A DNA stretch of 64,000 bases from the human T2T-CHM13v2.0 reference genome, Homo sapiens: the NCBI RefSeq assembly GCF_009914755.1, contig NC_060934.1; one strand, written 5' to 3'. Each line of letters begins with the position of its first letter. Within the stretch, counting starts at the first letter, position 1. Below are positions 13,530-31,301 of this stretch, one piece after another. A model generated the notes under the pieces. That model saw nothing but the letters and a program-made list of their open reading frames with translations. It searched no databases and had not been told where the DNA came from. The position numbers and the translations under genes were made by a program.

Positions 13530-14734
13530 AGATACAAAAATGTTTTGAGTTGCTTTTCTCCCTGGGAACTACGTAGTAAAAGTAATCACGCTCCTTAAAT
13601 ACTGGGCTTGATATGAGCTGTCACTAGCTTAGGGCACACAGGCAAACTGCTAGCCTCCAGGCTGGTTTAGCCAGCTCCCGCGGGGTAGGGAGAAAACAGG
13701 ACGGATTGCAGTTCTCCAAAATTATACTTAAACTCCGATATTGGCAGCTCACTTAAGTGAGGCATAAGGACGTTCACCTGCATTTCCTACACAGAGACCG
13801 TGCCTTTATTCATTCAATGAGTATTGAGGGTGTGTATTGAGCCCTCATAGCCTTCCAAGTCAGCTTGGCACCCACAGGGCTCCTGGAGGAGCTTACACAG
13901 TGGGGAGAAGGACCCGCGAATGGCAACTGCCACACGGCGAGCTAAGTGTTATGGTGGAAGCCCAGGCCACTGTGGGAAGGGGCAAGAGTGGCGCCCAACC
14001 CAGGAGAGTAGTTCTAATGAAGTAGCAAGGGAAGACTTTTTGGAAGAGATGATATCTGAGTAAAATTATGTAGGATAAGTGTGGGTTAACTTTGCAAAAA
14101 AAGTAAAAATGAAGGGAAGAAAGGTATCTTAAGACAACGGTAGCGACGTATCCACAAGCTGAGTCATTAGATAGCAGTCACTTTCTGGGAGCCTCAAGAA
14201 TTGCCAACTTCACTGTGGAATGACACCTGTTTAGCCAGGTTTAACAGTTCCGAAAATACTGGCTGAATATTATTCTGACAGCCCTCTCCAGCCTACAACA
14301 TTAGGTTCCTGAAAGTCCTAGCAGTAGAATTCATAATTGAGGAGCCTAAGATTTTAAGAACAAAATAGAGTAAGTCAAGAGTGAACCAAGGAAATGAATT
14401 ATTTCTACCCTCATTAAAATAACAGTAAACAACAAAATAACTATTTCCACATCCTACATTAGTAATAATGGGTGGAGTACAAAAAAATTTCTTATTCTCT
14501 AGAGAGTCTAAAATCACCCACCGTGGCAAATTCACAGATAAGCTTACAGATTCACTTGCCTTTTGGCAGATAATATTATATGCCTGCTAAGAGACACCTT
14601 TTTCTCATCATTCCTTTATCCGTCTCTTCAATGCTGTGGATTTCCAACTCTCAGGTCCTTCTGGGTTCCCAAGGACTCAAAGGCTGGAGTCCCAAGCCTC
14701 TTTTATAAAATTAAAACAAACAAACAAAAAAACC

Positions 14735-15035
14735 CTTTTTTGAAATTTTTGTTTTTTAGAGACAGTGTCTCTATCTCCCAGGCCTGAGTTCAGTGTTGTG
14801 ATCATGGCTTACTGCAGGCTTGAACTCCTGGGCTCAAGTGATCCTCCTGCCTCAGCCATCAGTAGCTGGGACTAAAGGTACATGCCACCATACCCTGCTA
14901 ATTTCTAAATTTTTTCTAAAGACAGGGCCTCCCTCTGTTGCCCAGGCTGCTCCTGAGCTCCTGACCTCAAGCAGTCCTCCCACCTCGGCCTCCCAAAGTG
15001 CTGGGATTACAGGTGTGAGCCACTGCGTTCGGACC
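14735..15035 (-). mobile_element. AluJ-like
   Basis: Dimer. Confidence 0.9.
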
Positions 15036-16509
15036 CATGCCTCTTTTTTATGCAGTTCACTTTTCTTCACCTTAAGGGACAGGAAGGCAGCAGTAAAGAT
15101 TCAGGTTTAGTTTTCCCTAGATTCTTTTATCTGTCCGAAAGATTCCTTGAAAAAATGGTTAATCCTGTACTTTCACTTTAAAAATTCTTTTCTGTTCTCA
15201 ACTTAAAATTCCTTCTTTTTCTAAGTATCCCCAACAAAAGTGATGTGAAATTCTCGATGTTGCAAACAATGTATGCTAGGGCAAAGGTGAATACCCTAAC
15301 GGCAGAGGGAAACTCTTGTTTGGGAAAGGATTTGGAGTATTTAAGATAGTTTGATGTCACAAATATGTATTGGATAACCAGGTAACACACAGTACTGTCA
15401 TTGTAGGGGATACAAATAAAAAACTGGTAAATGGATACCCAGTTGCCCAAGTGGCAAGGCAGTATAATGAAATGCAGTGGCTATGGGAGTTCAGAAAAGA
15501 GAGCAGTAGGTCCCATCTGGGTTGATCAGACAGCATGGAGAAGCAGCATGCGATCTGATTCTGAAGGATGGCTAAGGTTTCAACTGCTCATGGGAATGAA
15601 ATGCTATTATAGAAGAAAGAACATTCATGGGGGAACGCAACTGTATGAACAAAAGGGTGAGAGGCGGCAACTGTCAGGTATGATTGAGGATGAGGAGGTT
15701 TATTTGGCCGGAGTTCAGTAGGAGACTCCAACAACAAGCCAATTAGGAGATAAAACTGGTAAGAACTTGGGTGGATGGAGTAGGAGTAGAAAGTAAAGAG
15801 ACATGAGTTTTCATGGTAATAATCATTACATATAATAGCACAAGAAATGTGATTTCTGTTCCAAATACAGAATTTCTACTTAACAAAAACTTAGAATATG
15901 CCAAAGGCAACTGCTCTGACACTGCATTCTGTGGTAACTAATACATTTGAAATACAGCTCTAAATAGTAGTTTATGTTCGGTATGTATCCAAGTCTTATG
16001 ATTTCTTCTTTGAAATTGTTTCTGGGATTTACTTCCCAATTTCCATTTCCATTGTCTTAAACATAGTCCCAACTCTGATCACTTCACCCCTAGAAACAGC
16101 CTCCCATTCATCCTTTATTTATTCAGTCCATCCTTTATTTACTCATTCCCTCAATAAACCTTTTTAAAGCCCTCACTTTATAGGAAACTGTGCTGGTACT
16201 CTTCTGTTGGTGGCTAGTGGTAACCAAAAGTGGAAGCAGAGGCTCTGGGTCCCTGGGGCCTCACAATGCATGTCACCAAGTCAGTGTGCCAAAAACTGTA
16301 CTTCATTCTGTATCTTCCCTTCCCCAAGTCATATCTTTATAACTGCTCTTGTTTTGCCCATTAGATAAAGCCAAATTTTCGAGTGTTTGGTTGTCAAGAC
16401 CTCCTGTAATTTTGCCCCACTCTGTCCAACATCGTTTGTCATTATTGCTTAAGACAAGCTTTTCACTCTAGCTAGCAGTCTCATCACCATCTTCAGAAAT
16501 CAGCATGTC

Positions 16510-17484
<975 letters not shown>

Positions 17485-18008
17485 CTGTATTGATTCTTTT
17501 CAGTCTGTCCTCCCTGTCCTGCCTCAGACTGTCTACCGAAATCCTATTTCACAGGAATGTTTTGGACACTAAGTAAAACAAACCATGTAAAGCACTTAGA
17601 ATCATCCCTGGCCCACAGTGAACCCTCAATAGATGTAAGATATTGTTATTATTCTTCAAAATCCAGCTCAAATATCACCTCCCCCATGAAACATTGACTA
17701 CTTAAACTCTCTGGGCCCTAATTTCCTAATCTGAAGCATCGGTGAGCAGTTAGGTAAATGCAAAATAAGCCTCCCCCAGTCTTTCTCATCTCTGAGCTCC
17801 TATTATGCTTTCAGTCAACAGGAAGAATAGCTACCATTTATGGAACACCTAGTATGTACCAGGTGATGCAGAAATACTTTAAATGCATTATCTCAATTTT
17901 CGTGACAGCCCTGTTAGGTATTTCCTGTTGGGTTTAGAGAGGTTGTGTGACTGGTTTATGGCCAGGAAGCTGATAAGAGGCAGTGCTTAGTATCCCTAGT
18001 ATCTATCT

Positions 18009-18320
18009 GGCCAGACACAGTGGCTCACACCTGTAATCCCAGCACTTTGGGAGGCTGAAGCGGACAGATTACCTGAGGTGGGGAGTACAAGACTAGCCTG
18101 ACCAACACGGAGAAACCCTGTCTCTACTAAAAATATAAAATTAGCTGGGCGTGGTGGCACATGCCTGTAATCCCAGCTACTCAGGAGGCTGAGGCAGAAA
18201 AATACCTTGAACCAAGGAGGCGGAGGTTGCAGTGAGCCAAGATCGCGCCATTGCACTCCAACCTGGGCAACAAGAGCACAACTCCATTTCAAAAAAAAAA
18301 AAAAAAAGCAAAAAAAGAAA
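18009..18320 (+). mobile_element. Alu (S-like)
   Basis: Full dimer. Confidence 0.95.
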
Positions 18321-19356
18321 TCCCTGGTATCTGATTCCAGAGTGCAGTCCCAGATTGAAGTGAAGTGCGAACTAGAATCGAAGAAAGAGATGTTTAAGAG
18401 GGTTGGTAATGAAGGGCAAAGAGAGAGAGAAAGGGGTAGCTATTTGAAGTCAAGGGTTTCATTGTTTTTGAAAGTAGGAGAGATGTGGGCATGTTTGTAT
18501 ACTAAAAGCAAAGAATCATTTAAATGGGTTAATTTTAGGGCTGTCTTTTTCTGAGCCAGGCAGGAAAGAATGACAGCCAGAATGGACAGTGATGCAAAGA
18601 GTTAAACTCTCTTTGATGGGACAACAAGATTAAAAATCATAATACTGGTTTTGGTAGCAGGAGTCCGGATTCCTCATTTCTTCAAGCATTCAACAAATAT
18701 TTATCAAATGTTTACTAAGAGCTAAGGCAAGACAGTTTGTGTTGGAGAAACAATAATAAACAAGATATGGTCTCTACATCCTCACGGGACTAATAATAAA
18801 GTGAGGTACTGTATTTGTATTTAATTGGGAAAATGTGAAATTAATATCTTTAAACCATGTAAATGCACAATGATCTCTACATTAAAAAGTGATGTAGTGC
18901 AATAATTTAAAGCATTCTGCAAAAGTATGAATACTGAATACATTATCACTTGAAGTAATCATTTCTAATCATTTCTCTTAACTTCCTGCTTTTTACTTTC
19001 ATAATAAGCTACATAAAGAAATGACTGCAAACAATTCTTCCACCATAACATTTAGGTAAACAAACACTGGAAGCCCTTTATAGTATGTTGTTTTTTTCAT
19101 CTAGGAAATGTTGGAAAGAAAATATTACAGTTGCCTTTCAATATATTTACTAAGGTGTCACAGAAACAATATCTGAAGTACTGATTTCCTTACTGAGTAA
19201 TTTGTGCATGGAGGTCTGTACATAATCTTTAAGAACTATTTTTCACATAAAATAAAATCATTCAGAATATATTTAGAAACAATATATCTGTACCTTAAGA
19301 GAATAAAGGGCAAATTATCAATCTTAGCAAACAGTAGCAGGATGGACTCAAAGTTA

Positions 19357-19662
<306 letters not shown>

Positions 19663-19720
19663 TTAAAAAAGATGTCACACAATACATTTTAGATTTTCTA
19701 TGTAATCTAAATAGAATGTC

Positions 19721-19794
19721 TTTACACATTTATTGTGTAAATCCTAAGGTTTAGGTTTTCTATAACCTTAGGATTTACACAATAAATGTGTAAA
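19721..19794. repeat. Perfect inverted repeat, 31-bp arms, 12-nt spacer
   Basis: TTTACACATTTATTGTGTAAATCCTAAGGTT (19721-19751) and its exact reverse complement (19764-19794). Confidence 0.95.
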
Positions 19795-19835
19795 TGTATT
19801 GGGATTTACACATTTATTGTAAATGTGTAATGTGT

Positions 19836-20299
19836 AACTGGCCACACAGCACAGAAGTGGGTGGCAGGCAAGCCAGCAAAGCTTCATCTGTATTTACAGC
19901 CAATCCCTAGTGCCCACATTACCACCCAAGCTTCACCCGGCATTAGATTCTCATAGGACCTCAAGCCTTATTCTGAGCTGCACATTGAGGGATCTGGGTT
20001 GCATGTTCCTTATGAGAATCTAATGCCTGATGATCTGTCACTGCCTCCCATCACTGTCCCCACATAGGACTGTCTAGTTGCAGGAAAACAAGCTCAGGGC
20101 TCCCACTGATTCTACATTATGGTGAGTTGTAGAACTGTTTCATTATATATTACAATGTAATAATAATAGAAAGAAAGTGCACAATAAATGTAATGCACTT
20201 GAATCATCCTCATAGGGGGAGCACTCCCTCCCCTGGATCCATAGAAAAGTTGTCTCCCATGAAACTAGTCCCTGGTGCCAAAAAGACTGGGGACCACTG
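19836..20299 (+). mobile_element. MER1-family hAT-Charlie DNA transposon, left end missing
   Basis: Characteristic GCATTAGATTCTCATAGG...GAATCTAATGCCTGATGATCTG and right end CCCTGGTGCCAAAAAGACTGGGGACCACTG. Confidence 0.85.
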
Positions 20300-20739
20300 C
20301 TGTAAATCATCTGATCTTTTCCTCACTGTGCTGGCAAGCAGTTGATACCTCTATGACAGCATTTTAAGGAGGATACTACTAGTTGCAGTTGGAGAAGTGG
20401 TGGGATGCGTGAACAGGAAACTGTTGAGAAACTGAACTTGAAAAATAATAATTTACTCCTTAGCAGAGGAACTATTCGGTAGTCTCTTCCATGTCTCATC
20501 CCAACAATTAATTTCTCAGAATAAAAGTCTATCTTAGAAAAATGTACAAATTAAACTGTATACATTTTAGAAATATTTGGTGGTATTTATCTAAACTGGA
20601 TTACGTTAAATTACTGTCAACCCATTAAATCCATTGACTGGCACATACTGACAGATTACTATGTGTAGGCCAGGCATTGGTGCAAGGTTATAAATGGTAG
20701 AAAGACAAAAACAAAGAACACACTACCTTTAGTGCCTTA

Positions 20740-20742
<3 letters not shown>

Positions 20743-20771
<29 letters not shown>

Positions 20772-21039
20772 GGGACAGAGTTGACCAGGCTAGAGTGCAG
20801 TGGCATGATCTTGGCTGCAACCTCCGCCTCCTGAGTTCAAGCCATTCTCCTGCCTCAGCCTCCCGAGTAGCTGGGACTACAGGCGTGCGCCACCACGCCC
20901 AGCTAATTTTTGTATTTTTAGTAGAGACAAGGTTTCACCATGTTGGCCAGGCTGGTCTTGAACTCCAGACCGCAGGTGATCTGCCTGCTTTGGCCTCCCA
21001 AAGTGCTGGGATTACAGGTGTAAGCCACTGCACCTGGCC
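20743..21039 (-). mobile_element. Alu (S-like)
   Basis: TSD AGTGCCTTAC. Confidence 0.95.
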
Positions 21040-21831
21040 AGTGCCTTACACTTTTGAGTAGATAGACTACTTAAGCATTAGTTTTACTAAGTAATGCACG
21101 TACAAATCAGTATGGTACAGATGGTACATGATGGGTGAAGGAACAAAGGAACAAAATTTAGAGAAAAATTGTTAATGAAGTAGAAACATATGTTGGAACA
21201 TTTAAGTACAATTTATTAGTGGGTGGTAGACAAAGACTGTCAGGGAGGAAGGGCTTCGAGAGAGAAAATATCATGAATTGCTTTTGCTTTTATAACACGA
21301 GGAAGGAAATTCTGTTTTCTTACTGAAACTTGGGGTACAGAATTATCATCTAATAAATTAAGATTAGTGAAATAAAATGTTTTATCTTTCACTATATTTA
21401 TTCTTCTCCATGACACCTTGAGTAACATTGTGCCAATTGCTTAGGTAAGCACTGTGAATCTAGTTCCCCTTCCCTTTCAGAGCAGGGAAGGGAAAGTGAA
21501 TGACTGGAAGCCCATGGAGTGGGATTCTTGGTGTGAAGACTCACTCAGGGAGTGAGAGAGGAGCATAGAGAATGGAGCCCTGGGGAATACCAACATCTAG
21601 AAGATACCCAGGACAAGAACAGAGGGAGAGGCTGGGACAAGCCTGGAGACAAGCCAAATGAGGTCAGCATTTCAAGGAGGAGATCAACGAGGAGAATCAA
21701 AAAGAATGAGGAGGTCACAGTAAACCCATTTTCTTTAGGACACCGTGGGAGGAAAATAGACTCTGTGAGCTGAGCCGTGAATTGGAAGTTATAGGCCTAG
21801 TGGTGCCTGCGCACGTTGATTAAACATTTAC

Positions 21832-22539
<708 letters not shown>

Positions 22540-22569
22540 GTTAACACTTTGTGTTTCTGTTTCTTCTGG

Positions 22570-23320
<751 letters not shown>

Positions 23321-23490
23321 TAAATACTCTTCTGAGACTATTATTTGACAAAGATACTTATCTAGCATCTGTAAAACAATTTACTTAAGAATTACCCTCT
23401 TAAAGTATAGAATGCACTGACTTTTCATTGTTATAAAGAACACGTATAATCTGAATAGTACTTTTAAAATAAAAATAAAAAGTGGGTTTA

Positions 23491-23777
23491 GGATGGGTGT
23501 GGTGTCTCACACCTTTAAACCCAGCACTTTTCAAGGCTGAAGCAGGAGGATCACTTGCACCCAGGAGTTTGAGACAAGCCTGGGCAACATAATGAGACCC
23601 CATCTCTACAAAAAATACAAAAATTAGCCAGGGTGTGGTGGTGCACACCTGTAGTCCTAGCTACTTGGGAGGCTGAGGTGGGAGGATCACTTGAGCCTAG
23701 GAGGTTGAGGCTGTAGTGGACTGTGATCGCGTCACTGCACTCCAGCCTGGGGAACGGAGTAAAAAAAAAAAAAAAAG
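23491..23777 (+). mobile_element. AluJ-like
   Basis: Dimer. Confidence 0.92.
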
Positions 23778-24981
23778 CGGGGGCGGGGGGGGAAGAAAGT
23801 GGGTTTAAATTTTCACGGTTTAAGGCACAGAACCAATGTCTGCTGTTCTTTGAATAATGATAGTGCCAAGTCTACACAAATGAAGGTTAGCTGCTTCATC
23901 ATCTGTCTGAGTAGATGACAAGCACCTAGGATTTAAATATCAGTATTTCTTTCCAGATATTAGTTTAGCATTTTCAAAAACTAGGCTCCATAAAATACTG
24001 ATGTTCTGAAATGAGAGTTATGTAAAGAATTCTGTATAAAACTGGTAAGTTAGGGAAATACTGCTTATTAAATCTTCCTCTTTAAGATAGGTAGAGGCTC
24101 ACCATGTATAGGCTCAGGGAAGTCCTGCAGAAAAGAAACCCATTTACTGATGCTTAGCACAGTATTTTCCAAAGTTCTCTGACCATAGAACCCCTTTCTG
24201 TACACTGTTAATTATTACCTTTAGCTCTATAAGCGCACACTTTAGGAAATTTCATTCTAGGCAATTCAAGGAAATAGAAGTTTTTCCAATCAAGTTATCC
24301 ATCTAATTACTCAAGTCTGCCAAATAAACTTTGAAAAGGCATAAAGATCTTATAAATTTAAAATATTATCCTTATCACTGTCTTAAAATGTTTCATCCTG
24401 CTAAAAATTGTGTAATATAAGACATTTAAATATAAAATTGGATGAAATTCTGGCAGGTACTAGAATTGAGCAGATTGCTACACTTTGATAGTATATATGG
24501 TTTAATAACAAATTAACGAGAAATGTTTAGCTACATTTCTTTCCAAAAATTTCTCTAGTAAAATGAATACACTGAATTTTAATTAAAAGATTTTGACACT
24601 AATTTAAGCTATTGAAAGCTGTAGTTTCCCCATCCATAAAATAGGAATTGTAACAGAATCTATTACCTAGGTTGTTGCAAGCATTCAGTGAAAACAGCAT
24701 AGCATGGGCTTGCCACAAACGTCATGCTTAATAAACATAAGCTATTTTTTGAATGATAGTTTTACCCTATTTTTTTGAATAGATCATTTTACTCTTCTGA
24801 GATTTATTTTTCATATGTACAGTATACAACATAATATTGTGTTGTAAAGGCTTCAAAACTCTTAGCTAAGGAAAGAGAAAAGAAATTCTCACATGAAGCC
24901 AAATACCTGAAAGATACTATATAAAATTAATTTATTTAAAAGAGGACATTCACCTTCTGAGGTCTTTTTGTTTTGTTTCCA

Positions 24982-25405
24982 TTTAGTAGTTTTGTATCAT
25001 TCATATGTTTGTATCATTAGTAGTTTTGTATCATTTATGTTGGTATCATTAGTAGTTTTGTATCATTTATGTTTGTATCAGTAATTTTGTATCATTCGTA
25101 GGTATATTTCATACTTTTGTATCATTCGTATGTTTGTATCATTAGTAGTTTTGTATCATTCATGTTTGTATCAGTAGCAGGTCTGTATCATTAGTAGTTT
25201 TTGTATCATTCATATGTTTGTATCATTAGTAGTTTTGTATCATTCATATGTTTGTATCATTAGTAGTTTTGTATCATTTATGTTTGTATCATTAGTAATT
25301 TTGTATCATTCCTAGGTATATTTAGTAGGTTTGTATCATTCATATGTTGTATCAGTAGTTTTGTATCATTTCTATGTATATTTAGTAGTTTTGTATCATG
25401 TATAT
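24982..25405. repeat. Minisatellite, 17-bp subunits in a 34-bp dimer
   Basis: ATTAGTAGTTTTGTATC alternating with ATTCATATGTTTGTATC, roughly 12 dimers with variants. Confidence 0.95.
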
Positions 25406-25414
25406 GTCTACAAG

Positions 25415-25554
25415 GAGCCCTGTTGCCTCTTTTCCTCATTGCCAAGTGATTTCATCTGGTAGTTGCACAGTGGCTGCCCAATCTCCAAATCTGGTCAAGC
25501 TAGCTCCCAGGGGGTCAAGGCCTCTTTGCACAGGTTGCTACTGTTTGCCTCAGG
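25415..25554 (+). pseudogene. Decayed exon B, ankyrin-like
   Basis: AAG| ... AGG|GTGAGT; ALLPLFLIAK*FHLVVAQWLPNLQIWSS*LPGGQGLFAQVATVCLR. Confidence 0.5.
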
Positions 25555-25691
25555 GTGAGTGCTGTGTGTGAAAACAGTCCAGTGATAAGTAACAGTTTGC
25601 ATTCAAGGCAGCCACATAGTGTAGTGAGACACAGCAGGATGTACCAGAAGGAACACGGGTTTCCATATTTGCTGATCTGGATCTGAATCTA

Positions 25692-26262
<571 letters not shown>

Positions 26263-26862
26263 AGCTTTAGGAAAACAAATTGCTAAGAGATATAGTGTTG
26301 TGTAGTGGTTAAAAGGTCTGGCTCTGGAGTCAAACATGATGTGGGTTTGAATCTCAGCTCTGCTTTTTTCTAGCTCTGTAAACATGAATGAGATTTATAA
26401 CTTCTATGAGCGTCAGCTTCCTCCTCTGTAACGCCTATGTGCAGGCATTGTGTTGGGGATCAGGACATACCACCCCAAAATATGACAGTGGGAGACCAGA
26501 ATATGCCACCCCCAAAATTTATTTCTTTGGCATATTTGAGCTGGTTATTCTGAGAAGTTGCAGGTATAGTAGTAGCGCCGAAAAGCTATCCTTTGTTACA
26601 GAATACCCCCATTTTTCTAAGAAAAATAGAATAAGTTACGATTATAGTTTACTGTTTTCTCTTCTTTTCTCTTTTCTGCATTTTCCCTGTTCCCCACTTC
26701 CTGCTTAGTCATTTAGAAATGCAATTATAACCTTTTACCCACCCCCAATCACCAGACACCCCCTATGGGGCAAGTTCATCTATGTGCTTCCAAGCTTCAG
26801 AGCGAAACTCTCACCCATCGGGAGACTGCTTTGAGAGATAATAGTCAATTTACAGCCCCAAA

Positions 26863-27375
26863 TGTCAGAGGTGTTTGAACCAGAGCAACTCCATCTTGAA
26901 TAGGGGCTGGGTAAAATGAGGCTGAGACCTACTGGGCTGCATTCCCAGACAGTTAAGGCATTCTAAGTCACAGGATGAGATAGGAGGTCAGCACAAGATA
27001 CAGGTCATAAAGACCTTACCAATAAAACAGGCTGCAGTAAAGAAGTTGGCTAAAACCATCAAAACCAAGATAGTGATGAGAGTGACCTCTGCTACACTCC
27101 CACCAGCATCAGGACAGTTTACAAATGCCATGGCAACATCAGGAAGTTACCCTATATGCTCTAAAATAAGGAGATTTTTAGCAGATACTTAAGAAATAAC
27201 CATAAAAATGGGCAATCAGCAGCCCTCGGGGCTGCTCTGTGTGTGGAGTAGCCATTCTTTTATTCCTTTACTTTCTAAACTCACTTTCACTTTATGGTCT
27301 TGCCCTGAATTTTTTCTTGCATGAGATCCAAGAGCCCTCTCTTGGGGCCTGGATGGGGACCCCTTTCTGGTAACA
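26863..27375 (+). mobile_element. MER41 solo LTR (MER41A-type)
   Basis: TGTCAGAGGTGTTTGAACCAGAGCAACTCCATCTTG ... CCCTTTCTGGTAACA. Confidence 0.9.
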
Positions 27376-27383
27376 AAAGCATG

Positions 27384-27808
27384 TGATATAGTTTAGATAT
27401 GTGTCCCTGCCAAAATCTCATGTTGAACTGTAATCCCTAATGTTGGAGGTGGGGTCCGGTGGGAGCTGCTTGGATCAGGGGGTGGATTTCTCATGAATGG
27501 TTTAGCACCATCCTCTTGGTGTTGTTCTCATGATAGTGAGTGAGTTTTCATGAGATCTGGTTGTTTGAAAGCATAGTAGCACCTCCCCGCTCCCTGTCTC
27601 TCTCTTGCTCCTGCTCTGGCAATAAGAGTTCTCATTCCCACTTTACCTTCCACCATGACTATGTTTCCTAAGGCCTCCCCGGAAGCCGAGCAGATGCCAG
27701 CATCGTGCCTCCCATAAAGCGTGCTGAAGCATGAGCCAATTAAATCTCTTTTCTTTATAAATTACGCAGTCTCAGGTATTTACGGCAATGCAAGAACAAA
27801 CTAATACA
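27384..27808 (+). mobile_element. MST (MSTB-like) MaLR solo LTR
   Basis: TGATATAGTTT ... CTAATACA, 5-bp TSD GCATG/GTATG. Confidence 0.88.
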
Positions 27809-28219
27809 GTATGCCTGCTACAAAACTCTCTCCCACCTGGATAGTTTTTGGCCCACGAAGATGCCAACTCAACTGCCTGGTAGATAAGGCACCAAACTAA
27901 CACATGGATACCCCATCTGCTTGCTTCCTCCCATGTGCCATTCATGTTAGGCCCCCTTTTAAAAGTGCCTGCTTTCTGCTGCAGAAGGGAAGCAGTACCC
28001 TTAAGGCAGGAAGCCTGTACTTCTTCTCCTGAGCTAGCTTTAGGAACAAAAATTCACCTTCTCTACACCATACCTCCTTGGTAAGCGAACTCTGCAAGTA
28101 GCCAGCTACTGAACCTGTATTTCTGCTACACTTTTGTAAAAGAAATTTACATCCATAAAGGAAATCTATATTAGTAAAAGTATCTGTAACAGAAGAGGGA
28201 GACAACTCTTTATTACCTG

Positions 28220-28519
<300 letters not shown>

Positions 28520-29110
28520 TGAAGAAAGAGTAAGGAATAATTTTCACTGTAGGGTGGAAAGTCAGTTGCCCCTGAGTATCCTGACCAGGTTCTAATTACC
28601 TTCATTTTAACATAAATGCTAAGCTGGGTTTACGCTAGCTGTCAGTCATTCTTTCCCTTGAACAAAAATACTAAAAACCTAGACCTTTAAAAGAAAGAAA
28701 TGCTATTCTGAATTTTTAAAAAAGTGTTCCTTCTTAAATAAATTCTCAAACTCTATCCTTTCTCTTTCAATTCACAAAAATACTAGTGTGCACACACATG
28801 ATTATATATACGCTTCTTTACACCAGGCTTGTAGGGGACACTATTGTGTGTATTTCCAATATATAGTTTCCTTTCTTCTGTCTTAACAGAACTCTTTTTG
28901 CCTTTGTTTTCTTGAGTTGTTCCGATAACTGTGCTTTTCCAAATAGCTAAACTTGCTCAATCTACTTGAAAAGCAATAGCTCTTCAGCATGAATTTTGAA
29001 CTATCCTCTGTATAATGGTCTTTCTTAAAATATTCTCTTTTCTTAATTCTCAGTGGGAATAAAAAACAAAACAATTTTATGTACAGAGAAAAAGTCTAAT
29101 TTTATAATAG

Positions 29111-29444
<334 letters not shown>

Positions 29445-29891
29445 CCATCATGTTGGTTACTCAGGGTATTTTTAAAAAGCAAAAATTTTTTTAAGCCATG
29501 TGACATTTTTATAATTAGAGTCATCAATGAATTAAAAATTAATCCATGCTAGGTTACCTTAACTGTATTACAAAGTTATTTGCAAGCTTTTATTTTAAAG
29601 AATGTAAGTTTCAATCCTGGCTCTGCCACCACCTAGTTGAATGGTCTTGATGTTAATATCCCTGGGCTTCCATCTCCTCAACTTTGAAAAGAAGGAGTGA
29701 GACTCGACCCTTCCCAACTCTTTCAACTCTCAAATTTTATTATTGTTTTTATTTTTATTTTTTGTAGTTTATAGAAAATAGGGAATACATGAAATTTTTT
29801 AAATGTAAAAAGCCAAGAAAAGATAATTTACTTTGAGACATGTGATTTCTAAAGAAACTATGCCTTTGGTATTTTCTAACTATATATTTAT

Positions 29892-30127
29892 CAAGCTCGT
29901 CCAACCTGCAACCTTCCAACCTGTGGCCTGTGGGACACACACAGCCCAGGACAGCTTTGAATGCAGCCCAGCACAAATTCATAAGCTTTCTTAAAATATT
30001 ACGATAATTTTTTCATGATTTTTTTTTTTTTTTTAGCTCATCGGCTATCGTTTGTATATTTTTTGGCCCAAGACGATTCTGCTTCTTCCAATGTGGCCCA
30101 GGGAAGCCAAAAGATTGGATACCCCTG
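29892..30127. mobile_element. MER30 DNA transposon
   Basis: Ends TGGCCCAGGGAAGCCAAAAGATTGGATACCCCTG. Confidence 0.8.
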
Positions 30128-30639
30128 GTTTACATAGTAAAGAAAGCACTAAGAGAAGTATAAGAGAAAAAGTTCTGGAAGACATGCCCTAGGGAACGTA
30201 ACTTCAATCCCTGAGTCAGAGAGGTTATGGCCTATTAGTTAGTAATTGGTGACACTTGACGCTTAAACAAAATGGTCTTACAGGATGGTTAGTAGAAGTA
30301 ACTCTGCCTTAAGTGTGCTCAAATGTGATTTGAGGAATCAGTGTTGTTTATAAATGTCACTAAAACTAGATAACAAGGACTCAGAATTAATATGAAAAGA
30401 TGCAAACTTTAGCATAAAGGCTAAAGCAGATCAAAATAACCATCTAGTAATAAAAGATCTGCAATTAGTCTGATAGTTTCACTAGAAAGTGAGGAGAATT
30501 TCTATGTAAGAAAATAATTAGCACAGTCTTATTTAGGCACTGAGAAAAATACCAACAACAACAACAAGAACAATAACAGTCGCACTCTAACCACTTTCAC
30601 AATTTGAAACATATGATGGAAATATGAAGAGTACATTTA

Positions 30640-31301
<662 letters not shown>

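Larger units (their letters stand above)
26594..28130 (+). mobile_element. Inner ERV1 LTR (MER83/MER84-like), itself interrupted twice
   Basis: TG...CA termini (TGTTACAG ... CTGCTACA), flanks CCTT/CTTT. Confidence 0.55.
26451..28219 (+). mobile_element. Outer ERV1 LTR (MER34/LTR48-like), interrupted at 26594-28130
   Basis: Starts TGTTGGGGATCAGGACATACCACCCCAAAATATG; resumes CTTTTGTAAAAGAAATTTACATC after 28130. Confidence 0.55.

Noticed and set aside
19721-19794. Palindrome as a miRNA precursor
   Set aside because: Perfect AT-rich arms with adjacent rearrangement scars suggest a DNA repair origin; no known miRNA recognised
20335-20480. Additional pseudo-exon of the ankyrin gene (also 30130-30330)
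   Set aside because: Non-repeat appearance, but weak splice sites and no convincing motif by eye; left for alignment-based testing
24982-25405. CRISPR-like repeat/spacer array
   Set aside because: The intervening segments are themselves repeated, there are no unique spacers and no cas genes, and the context is primate DNA; it is a minisatellite
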